Source of the DNA: an uncultured Eubacterium sp.
GTDB lineage: Bacteria; Bacillota; Clostridia; Lachnospirales; Lachnospiraceae
Direction: 5' to 3'
Length of the DNA stretch: 64,000 nt
NCBI GenBank assembly: GCA_910584595.1
Contig: CAJUBQ010000011.1
Location: 17,974 to 81,973, forward strand
Shown here one piece after another: positions 36,831-44,463 of the stretch. Position 1 is the first letter of the stretch. Every line of letters starts with the position of its first letter. The position numbers and the translations under genes were made by a program. Under the pieces are notes generated by a model that saw only the letters and a program-made list of their open reading frames with translations, was not told the origin of the DNA and did no database searches.

Positions 36831-36861
36831 GGGGATGTCATTTCGGCGGCATCCCTTTTTG
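36831..36861 (+). terminator. Rho-independent terminator
   Basis: GGGGATG...CATCCC followed by TTTTTG. Confidence 0.55.
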
Positions 36862-36905
36862 TATAACTGTTTTCAATTTGGATATACTAATCTCCGAGGG
36901 TTCTA

Positions 36906-36952
36906 TTTACATTCGCACTTCAATAGTGTATAATGTGGAGTGCGGATGTAAA
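36906..36952 (+). promoter_or_regulatory. abiE promoter bracketed by a 14-bp inverted repeat
   Basis: TTTACA (36906-36911), a 17-nt spacer, then TATAAT (36929-36934). TTTACATTCGCACT (36906-36919) and AGTGCGGATGTAAA (36939-36952) are inverted repeats with one mismatch. Confidence 0.5.
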
Positions 36953-37572
36953 TGGAACCAAGGAGGTGCATTGATACGGACACGATTTGGACTAAAATTC
37001 AAACAATTGCAGAAAAAAGCAATGGGTTTGTTAAGACTTCTGATATTGAGGCGGCTGGAATCAGCAGACCGATGTTGAAAAAGTATGTTGATATGGGAAA
37101 ATTAGATCCGGTGCGAAAAGGGTTATATACTTTGACCGATGAATTTACTGATGAGTTTGCGCTTCTTCAGGCACAAAGCGCAAAGATAATATATTCCTAT
37201 GGCACCGCACTGTTCTTTTGGGGGATGTCGGACAGGGCGCCGAACATCTTGGATATAACGCTGCCTCGCGGAACGAACATCAGCAGGTTAAGGCGTGATA
37301 ATCCAAATTTACGTTGTCATTATGTACAGACGGAAGTTTACGATCTTGGAATAACAGAAACAAAATCCCCTCAAGGCGGGATGGTAAAGCTGTATGACAG
37401 GGAGCGCTGTATTTGTGATGTGATCCGGGATAAGGATCAAATTGAGCTCCAGCTTTTTACGCAGGCAATTAAGGACTATTTTAAGACAAATCCAAATAAC
37501 CGAAAATTGCTGAAATATGGCAAGGTATTTGGAATTGAAGATAAGATAAGAACATATATGGAGGTTTTATAA
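36952..37572 (+). CDS. abiEi: type IV toxin-antitoxin system antitoxin, AbiEi family
   Basis: N-terminal wHTH-like GFVKTSDIEAAGISRPMLKKYVDMGKLDPVRKGLY. Its position and 1-nt overlap (TAATG) with the AbiEii gene support the call. Confidence 0.7.
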   Translation: MEPRRCIDTDTIWTKIQTIAEKSNGFVKTSDIEAAGISRPMLKKYVDMGKLDPVRKGLYTLTDEFTDEFALLQAQSAKIIYSYGTALFFWGMSDRAPNILDITLPRGTNISRLRRDNPNLRCHYVQTEVYDLGITETKSPQGGMVKLYDRERCICDVIRDKDQIELQLFTQAIKDYFKTNPNNRKLLKYGKVFGIEDKIRTYMEVL

Positions 37573-38411
37573 TGAAGACACCGGAACAACTAAAAGGAGC
37601 CATTCGCAGCATGGCAGCGAAGAAAAATCTTCGTGCACAGGAAGTGCTGCAGATGTTTTTATTTGAAAGAATCATTGATCGTTTGGCAGCTTCATCCTTT
37701 CGGGACAATTTTATTTTGAAGGGCGGACTCTTGATATCATCAATGATCGGTATTGGTGAACGCACTACTATGGATATGGACACAACGGCGCGTGGTATTC
37801 AGATGGAAGAGGACGAGATCGTTTCTGCAGTCAAAGAGATTATCGCAATGGATGTGGGAGACGGAATTTCTTTTGAATTTCAGAAAATTGAACCAATCCG
37901 CGAGGATGATGCGTACAATAATTTCCGGGTTCATCTGCGTGCAAAATACGGGAAGATTGACAGCCCAATGAAGATAGACATTACTACCGGAGATATTATT
38001 ACGCCTGCAGCCATTCGTTATGATTTCCCGTTTGTGTTTGAGGAGAAAACGGTTTCGGTCATGGCATATACGCTTGAGACAGTGCTTGCGGAAAAATATG
38101 AAACGATTATCCGCAGAAACATTGGAACTACAAGGGCAAGGGATTATTATGATTTACATACTCTTTACCGCAGCCGTAAAGATGTGGTTCAGATGGAGGT
38201 TCTGAGAGCAGCAGTTATTCATACTGCGGAGAAAAGAGATTCGGTTGATGATATCATGGACTGGAGAGATATTTTGAAGGATATCCGTGAAGAGCCGCAG
38301 TTATATCTTCTGTGGGATAATTATGCTGCGGACAACAAATACATTGGAGATTTGAAATTCAATGAAGTTCTTGATACAGTGGACGAAATTGCAAAGATTC
38401 TTGATTTGTGA
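37572..38411 (+). CDS. abiEii: nucleotidyltransferase toxin, AbiEii/AbiGii family
   Basis: FILKGGLLIS...TMDMDT... and LAEKYETIIRR...RARDYYDL are typical AbiEii segments. Confidence 0.8.
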   Translation: MKTPEQLKGAIRSMAAKKNLRAQEVLQMFLFERIIDRLAASSFRDNFILKGGLLISSMIGIGERTTMDMDTTARGIQMEEDEIVSAVKEIIAMDVGDGISFEFQKIEPIREDDAYNNFRVHLRAKYGKIDSPMKIDITTGDIITPAAIRYDFPFVFEEKTVSVMAYTLETVLAEKYETIIRRNIGTTRARDYYDLHTLYRSRKDVVQMEVLRAAVIHTAEKRDSVDDIMDWRDILKDIREEPQLYLLWDNYAADNKYIGDLKFNEVLDTVDEIAKILDL

Positions 38412-38488
38412 TATCAAGTAAGAAAAGATTAAATTTTTTTTGAAACACTTATAATAGAAATCGGAATTTGAAAGTGAGGTGTAATTAA

Positions 38489-39472
38489 ATGAATAAAGAA
38501 GAATTACATCGTGTTATAGGAGAGCAACAGCCTAATATATGCCAAGTGGTTGCAGTCAAAGATAGCAACATTATTTATAGTGATACTTGGAATGATTTCA
38601 AACAAGATGATAATGTTCATATTGCTTCGGTAACAAAAAGCATTATAGCCATACTTATAGGAATTGCTATTGACAAAGGTATGATTAAAAGTATTCATCA
38701 AAAAGTATTGGACTTTTTCCCTGACTATGTGATTAAAAGAGGAGAAAAGACCATACACGATATTACTTTATATCATTTGCTTACGATGACCGCACCGTAT
38801 AAATTCAAGTCGGAGCCTTGGACAAAAGTATGTATGAGTGAGGATTGGACAAAGGCAGTTCTTGATTTGCTCGGCGGTAAAAGCGATATTATAGGTGAGT
38901 TTAAGTATTCAACACTCGGTATACATATATTGAGTACAATAATAACCAAAGTAAGCAATATGCCAACATTGGAATTTGCCAATAAATATTTATTTAAGCC
39001 CCTTGGAATAAAGAACAGACATCTTTACACAGTAAAAAACAAAGAGGAACATATTGGCTTTGTAACTTCAAAAGAACCTAAAGAAAACGGTTGGTTTTGT
39101 GATAACAAAGGAACAGTTACTTCGGGTTTTGGCTTGTGTTTATCAGCAGAAGATATGGCGAAAATAGGACAAATGTGCCTTGATAAAGGAATGTATGATA
39201 ACAAAAGAATTGTATCTTCTGAATGGATTGAAAAGATAACAACACCATATTTAACTACTGATGAAAAATTTGGATTTATGCAATATGGATTTTTGTGGTG
39301 GATTATAGATAGTGAAAAGAAAATATATTCTGCAATCGGCGATAGCGGAAATGTAATATATGTTAATACCGAAAAAAATATCGTTATATCCGTTACGGCA
39401 ACTTTCAAACCTTTGGTATTTGATAGGGTTCAGTTTATAAGAGAATATATCGAGCCATTTGTTTTAGGATGA
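38489..39472 (+). CDS. serine hydrolase, beta-lactamase/transpeptidase-like
   Basis: S-x-x-K motif in IASVTKSIIAILIG. Size and overall pattern match class C-like serine hydrolases. Confidence 0.75.
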   Translation: MNKEELHRVIGEQQPNICQVVAVKDSNIIYSDTWNDFKQDDNVHIASVTKSIIAILIGIAIDKGMIKSIHQKVLDFFPDYVIKRGEKTIHDITLYHLLTMTAPYKFKSEPWTKVCMSEDWTKAVLDLLGGKSDIIGEFKYSTLGIHILSTIITKVSNMPTLEFANKYLFKPLGIKNRHLYTVKNKEEHIGFVTSKEPKENGWFCDNKGTVTSGFGLCLSAEDMAKIGQMCLDKGMYDNKRIVSSEWIEKITTPYLTTDEKFGFMQYGFLWWIIDSEKKIYSAIGDSGNVIYVNTEKNIVISVTATFKPLVFDRVQFIREYIEPFVLG

Positions 39473-39527
39473 CAAATTCTGATTTATCAATTCATAAAGT
39501 TTTGAAATAAAAAGAATATTGTAACCC

Positions 39528-39558
39528 GGAGATGTTGATTATCAGCATCTCTTTTTTA
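39528..39558 (+). terminator. Rho-independent terminator
   Basis: GGAGATGTTGAT / ATCAGCATCTC followed by TTTTTT. Confidence 0.55.
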
Positions 39559-39580
39559 TATCAAAAAGGAGGTATATAGT

Positions 39581-39691
39581 ATGGGATGGTTGATAGGTAT
39601 CCTTAGTTTTATAGGCGGCAGCGTGTTTGGCGTTGTTTTTATGTGTATGTTTCAGATTAACCGAACTTACAGAAATAAGCGCTCGGAGTAA
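39581..39691 (+). CDS. 36-aa membrane peptide, DUF3789-like (below the track cutoff)
   Basis: AAAGGAGG lies 8 nt upstream. The product is MGWLIGILSFIGGSVFGVVFMCMFQINRTYRNKRSE, a single TM segment plus a basic tail as in small ICE peptides. Confidence 0.4.
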   Translation: MGWLIGILSFIGGSVFGVVFMCMFQINRTYRNKRSE

Positions 39692-39720
39692 ACATTTGCA
39701 GTAAGAATGCTCTTTTCTCC

Positions 39721-41394
39721 AGCTTTGACGCTTAAAAAATTTTTCGTAAAAAAACCTCCCATTTTATGGGAAAATACGAGATAATAGAATTAACCACAAA
39801 ACTATTTTTTCGCACACCCATAAAAGAGAGGAGGTTTTACAATGAAGCAAGAATAGAAATCAGAAGAAAAGAAGCCAGAGAACACCTGGAACAGTTTCGC
39901 CTTGCCTGTGAATTAGCTAAGCTGATCAGGCACTGTTTCCCAGAACTTTTGCCATTATTAAAACAAATCCCAGATCCCCGGCATCAGAGTTATATCACAT
40001 ACCCTGGTGTGATACTTCTTATGACCCGTATTCTTTCTTCTCTATTTTACATCAACAGCATGCGTAAGACAAGCGAAGAATTCAATTCGGAGATAATGGT
40101 AAAAAATATCTGGATGTTATGTAAAGAAGAGCCTGCTGTGGAGGAATTGCCTTATTGGGAAACCATCAACCGGTATCTGGAACGATTGGAGCCGGATAAA
40201 CTACAGGACGTCATTCATTGTCTTTGCCGCAGGTTACTGAAAAGCCGGGCATTTGAAGGTATGCGCGTGAGGGGAAAATACTGGCAGGTTATCATAGACG
40301 GGACACAGCTTTACAGTACCCAGGGGGAATTGGACGGGAAGAGCCTGCACCGGACGCATAACAGAGGGACGGAAAGAGAATACCAGGAGAACTATTATTA
40401 TGTGTTGGAGGCGAAACTGGTGCTGCATCCGAAAATCCTGATAAGTATCCAGACGGAATTTGTAGATAATGAAGATGGAAAAGAGATGACGAAACAGGAC
40501 TGTGAAAGGAAAGCCTGCTGGCGTTTGATGGAAAAGCTGAAAAAAGCATTTCCAAGGCTGCCCATCTGCCTGTGCGGGGATAGTTTGTACGCATGTGAAG
40601 GCTTCTTTGAAAGATGCAGGAGAAAAAACTGGCGGTATATTGTACGATATAAAGAAGGGAGTATCCCAAGCATTGCAGGGGAATACAGGAAACTGAAAAG
40701 ATTGGAAAAGAATTACCAGGAAGGGATTTGGGCGACAGGGAAAAACTGGTATGATTATGTAACAGATATTGATTATAAAGGATATAAGTTAAACTTGGCG
40801 GAATATGTGGAAAGCAGGGAGCATATATGCAAAAAGGGGAAGAAAAAAGGGGAAATACAAACAAAGCGGAAAGAATTCTGGTTCCTGACGGATTTGCCAG
40901 TCACAAGAAAAAATGTAACCGATCTGATAGAACGAGGAAGGATGAGATGGAAAATAGAAAATGAGGGATTCAATGCGCAGAAAAAACATGGATACAGCCT
41001 GGAGCATCTGTACAGCAAGAATTATCAAGCGTTGAAAAACCATTATTATCTGCTGCAGATTGGGCATATGATAAGCCAGTGTATGGAGACGTGGGAAAAG
41101 ATATGGAAGAAAGTGAAGCAGAGTATGGAGCAGAAACACAGGCGACTACTGGAATCCATGAAAGAAACACCGCTGGAAGAACATAAGGAAGAGATGGAGA
41201 GAAAGATACAAATACGGTTTATATAGAAGCAGTTAAGAAAAGGTGGTGGTAAAGAAACAGGTGAAAAACAAAAAGAAGAAAAACAAGGCCTAGGGATTTT
41301 ATTGTTTAAAATAAGGATAGATTGTCAATTTAGTATAAAAAATAGAATTCCATTTGCCTTGGGAGAGTAAATATAAATTTAAGCGTCGGTGCTG
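39721..41394 (+). mobile_element. insertion sequence (IS4-like DDE transposase) with terminal inverted repeats and 10-bp target duplication
   Basis: Left end AGCTTTGACGCTTAA versus the reverse complement of the right end AGCACCGACGCTTAA. Flanked by TCTTTTCTCC at 39711-39720 and 41395-41404. Confidence 0.7.
39766..41226 (+). CDS. DDE transposase (IS4-like)
   Basis: 486 aa. VIIDGTQ, CGDSLY and the C-terminal RWKIENEGFNAQKKHGY (Y-R-E-K-like signature). Confidence 0.7.
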   Translation: MGKYEIIELTTKLFFRTPIKERRFYNEARIEIRRKEAREHLEQFRLACELAKLIRHCFPELLPLLKQIPDPRHQSYITYPGVILLMTRILSSLFYINSMRKTSEEFNSEIMVKNIWMLCKEEPAVEELPYWETINRYLERLEPDKLQDVIHCLCRRLLKSRAFEGMRVRGKYWQVIIDGTQLYSTQGELDGKSLHRTHNRGTEREYQENYYYVLEAKLVLHPKILISIQTEFVDNEDGKEMTKQDCERKACWRLMEKLKKAFPRLPICLCGDSLYACEGFFERCRRKNWRYIVRYKEGSIPSIAGEYRKLKRLEKNYQEGIWATGKNWYDYVTDIDYKGYKLNLAEYVESREHICKKGKKKGEIQTKRKEFWFLTDLPVTRKNVTDLIERGRMRWKIENEGFNAQKKHGYSLEHLYSKNYQALKNHYYLLQIGHMISQCMETWEKIWKKVKQSMEQKHRRLLESMKETPLEEHKEEMERKIQIRFI

Positions 41395-41411
41395 TCTTTT
41401 CTCCTGGTGGA

Positions 41412-41440
41412 TTGACTATTGCAAATAAATCTGTTATAAT
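41412..41440 (+). promoter_or_regulatory. near-consensus sigma-A promoter (copy 2)
   Basis: TTGACT, a 17-nt spacer, then TGtTATAAT. It lies 7 nt downstream of the IS target duplication. Confidence 0.6.
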
Positions 41441-41446
41441 ATTTAC

Positions 41447-41534
41447 ATCAGTATCAAGTTTGGCTACGGCTAAACACAGTTTAACAGAGTTTATCAAAGT
41501 GTCATTTGCAATTTTGCAGATGGCACTTTTTTTG
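41447..41534 (+). ncRNA. candidate ~90-nt structured RNA / leader ending in a terminator (copy 2)
   Basis: Hairpin GTTTGGC/GCTAAAC (41458-41475). Terminator 41498-41510 / 41515-41527 followed by T7. Shares the blocks ATCAGTnTCAAG and CAGAGTTTnTCAAAGTGTCA with copy 1. Confidence 0.45.
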
Positions 41535-41640
41535 TTTTCCGGCCAATTCATTTGGGCATAAGCCAGCAGTCTTTCGGGATTGCTGGCTTTTGTTATATAT
41601 CAAGGCGGCAATCCCGCCAGAAAAGAAAGGAGCATGAAAT

Positions 41641-42783
41641 ATGCAAAAACAATGTCAGGATGGTTTCTACACCACATTCAGTTCCTATCCCTTTATGCTG
41701 GATTATCACAAGGAGCAGTCCAAGAACAGCCGCTGGGTGAAAGCCAGGGTCAGTGACCTTGAAATTCAGCCGCTGGGCAAAGGCTCTGCCCTGAGCACTG
41801 ATCTGCCGGCATTTGCGTCAGGAACCACACAGGACGCTGTGGATGACACAGCAAACAATCTCGGCCTGGCCATGCGTGTTGACGGGGAACTCTTCCCCAT
41901 GCGCATGACAGCCTACAAAAGCCTTTTGGACAGGGCAAAAATCGGTGGCACGGCGCTCCCTAAACTGAGCCGTGAAGTGCTGGCGGAGGTGTTAAACGCC
42001 TGCCTGCGTCTTTATTCAGCGGATGCACTTTTGCTGATTCGTGATGAAAAAGTTGCGGCGGTTCATTCCGGGGATGCTGTTGATTATTCAGTGCTACCGA
42101 TTGATGAGCTGCTCACTGCTCTGAAGACAAAGCTGGATGCCCGTTTTTCAGGAAACGAGTTTGAGTCCGGCTACTGTGACCATGCGATGGTAAGCGCAGC
42201 ATGGACGATGCCAGATCAAAAAGAGGATTTGCTAGGAGCGTACACAAAGCTGCTGGATTCCCAAGGAAAAACGGCTATGGCTTCCAAACTGACTCCGGGT
42301 GTCCGTTTTATGAGTTCGGATACTGGAGTGGCTTCAGCAAAGGTCTCAGCCCTACTGGTGAGCGGAAAGCGTTCTATCCATATCGGGGGCTGCATCGCAG
42401 TTGACCACAGGCATCAGTCCAAGGTTTCCGACTTTGATACAGCGTTGGATCAGCTGTTTGCCCAATTCGGGGATAGCATTGCCAAACTGCAGAAACTGCT
42501 GGAGATCCATTTGGATTATCCGGTAAACGCTATGACCAGGGTATGTAAAAAACTTAGTCTGCCAAAAAAGGCTGCAGTCGAAGCTATCGCCATGTACGAG
42601 ATGGCATACGGAGGCGGCCCGGCGACAGCCCATGACGTATTTCTTGCTATGCAGGAGATCCCGTTTATTTTGAGGACTGAAAACACGCCGGAAAGTAAGA
42701 TGCTGGTCATAGAAGAAAATATGGCTCGTGCGCTTTCATTCAGATGGAGTGATTACGACCTTGCAAAGGCGGTGAGTTACTGA
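41641..42783 (+). CDS. DUF932-like protein
   Basis: ATG 41641 is 8 nt after AAGGAG. The segment RFMSSDTGVASAKVSALLV resembles the conserved DUF932 core (recalled). Stop and next start overlap (TGATG). Confidence 0.45.
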   Translation: MQKQCQDGFYTTFSSYPFMLDYHKEQSKNSRWVKARVSDLEIQPLGKGSALSTDLPAFASGTTQDAVDDTANNLGLAMRVDGELFPMRMTAYKSLLDRAKIGGTALPKLSREVLAEVLNACLRLYSADALLLIRDEKVAAVHSGDAVDYSVLPIDELLTALKTKLDARFSGNEFESGYCDHAMVSAAWTMPDQKEDLLGAYTKLLDSQGKTAMASKLTPGVRFMSSDTGVASAKVSALLVSGKRSIHIGGCIAVDHRHQSKVSDFDTALDQLFAQFGDSIAKLQKLLEIHLDYPVNAMTRVCKKLSLPKKAAVEAIAMYEMAYGGGPATAHDVFLAMQEIPFILRTENTPESKMLVIEENMARALSFRWSDYDLAKAVSY

Positions 42784-43820
42784 TGGCAAAACCGATTGTT
42801 CTTTGTGATACCGCAGGTATGACGAATGACAGATGGCTGGAATGCCGTATGCACGGCCCCAAAGGGGATATTCCCTATACCGTGGGTGGAAGCGATGTTG
42901 CAGCTATTTTTGGTGTATCACCATGGACGACTCCGCTGGAGCTGTGGAAAATCAAAAAAGGGCAAATGAAGCCTGCAAAAAAAGCCAATGCCAATCAATT
43001 GCAAATGGGACATCTTTTAGAGCCGGTTGCTGCCTATTGGTATGGTGCAAAGACAGGCAATACCGTTACAGAAGACACGAATCTGTATCAGCACGCAGAT
43101 CATCCTTACGCCCTTGCCAATTTCGACCGGCGCTTTACACGGGCGTCCGATAACGAACCGGGAATTTTGGAGTGTAAAAGCTGTACTTATCACAAAGCGG
43201 ATGAGTGGGCAGATGGAGCGATTCCGCTCTACTATGAACTGCAGCTGAGGTTTTATCTTGCGGTAGCGGATGTGAACATTGGCGCTTTTTCTGCCGTTTG
43301 GGGAAATAATCCGGACAATGATCTGGCAATGCCTGAGATTATTCGTGATAAGGCGAAGGAGGATATGATCTTTGAACGCCTGGACGAATGGATCTGGAGC
43401 CTTGAGAATGATAAACCCCCGACAATGGCGGATGTTGCACCAAAGCTTGCTTTGGAGTCACTGGCAAGGATTTATGGTGCAAGTCAGGCGGGACTTCCAA
43501 CAATAGAGTTTTCCCGCAAGTATGAATCGCCCTTGCGCAGAATTGCAATGCTTCAAGGGAAAATCTCTGAATGCAACAGAGAAATCAAAACATATGAAAA
43601 GGAGATTGAAGCACATAGTGTGCGAATTGCCGAAGTCATGAAGGAGCATGAGCATGGCGTCTTGGAGACGACCAGCGATAAGCTTCTGATTGATTTTGTG
43701 ACAAAAACAACCCGCAGGCCCGATTCCAAAGCCTTGAAGGAAAAATACCCGGCAATTTATACTGATGTTCTAAAAGCATCGGAAAGCCGCAAGGTAAAGG
43801 TGTCGGTCCAGCCAATTTAG
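42783..43820 (+). CDS. YqaJ-like viral recombinase-domain exonuclease (PD-(D/E)xK)
   Basis: GGSDVAAIFGVSPWTTPLELW and ILECKSC...YYELQLRFYL are typical YqaJ/lambda-exonuclease-like segments. Confidence 0.7.
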   Translation: MAKPIVLCDTAGMTNDRWLECRMHGPKGDIPYTVGGSDVAAIFGVSPWTTPLELWKIKKGQMKPAKKANANQLQMGHLLEPVAAYWYGAKTGNTVTEDTNLYQHADHPYALANFDRRFTRASDNEPGILECKSCTYHKADEWADGAIPLYYELQLRFYLAVADVNIGAFSAVWGNNPDNDLAMPEIIRDKAKEDMIFERLDEWIWSLENDKPPTMADVAPKLALESLARIYGASQAGLPTIEFSRKYESPLRRIAMLQGKISECNREIKTYEKEIEAHSVRIAEVMKEHEHGVLETTSDKLLIDFVTKTTRRPDSKALKEKYPAIYTDVLKASESRKVKVSVQPI

Positions 43821-43833
43821 AAAGGAGACCATA

Positions 43834-44358
43834 ATGGAAAACATTTATTATGAAGGTTGGGAGCAGGAGTTGATTTATCAGTTCCTGCCATATGACAGGT
43901 GCAAAAAAAGGGCGTATATCTGCTCGCCGCTCAGTGCAGACACGAATGAAGGGATTGCACAGAACATGCAGGCGACAAGGGCGTATATGTTCTATGCCAT
44001 GAAAAAGATGCGTATGAACGCAAGTGCGCCACATGCGTACCTCCCGATGATCCTTTGCGACAATATTCCATCTGATAGAGCGCTTGCCCTTCAGTTCGGT
44101 CTGGAACTGCTGAAAGGCAGCGATATCCTGCTGATATGCGGTAACCGGATCAGCAGTGGGATGCGTGGGGAAATTGCCCATGCAATCCGCCTGAAGATAC
44201 CGATGATTGCTTTTGATGAGGGTGTATACCTGGAAGTACAAAAGGAACTGACAAAGCGTGACTGCGATAAGCGGAAAGTTCGCCTGGACAGGGAGAATTT
44301 CTTGATGGGTATCTCCGCTCCTTTGTCATATCTTGAAAATGCGGAGATGTTCCGATGA
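43834..44358 (+). CDS. DUF4406-like (nucleoside deoxyribosyltransferase-fold) protein
   Basis: AYICSPLS...GSDILLICGNRISSGMRGEIAHAIRLKIPMIAF fits the DUF4406 layout (recalled). Confidence 0.4.
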   Translation: MENIYYEGWEQELIYQFLPYDRCKKRAYICSPLSADTNEGIAQNMQATRAYMFYAMKKMRMNASAPHAYLPMILCDNIPSDRALALQFGLELLKGSDILLICGNRISSGMRGEIAHAIRLKIPMIAFDEGVYLEVQKELTKRDCDKRKVRLDRENFLMGISAPLSYLENAEMFR

Positions 44359-44463
44359 AAGACCAACTGGCTGCAGCTTCACAAAAAACTCCCGTTGTAT
44401 CTTTGGATACGATTCGGGAGTTTTTTGTATCTATAACACGACTCAGAGAAAGGAGTAAAAATT

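Noticed and set aside
41330-41740. Track ORFs 41330-41551(-) and 41552-41740(+)
   Set aside because: The first covers the IS end, the promoter and the structured RNA. The second overlaps the better-supported 41641 start in another frame, and its ATG at 41635 is only 2 nt from the SD.
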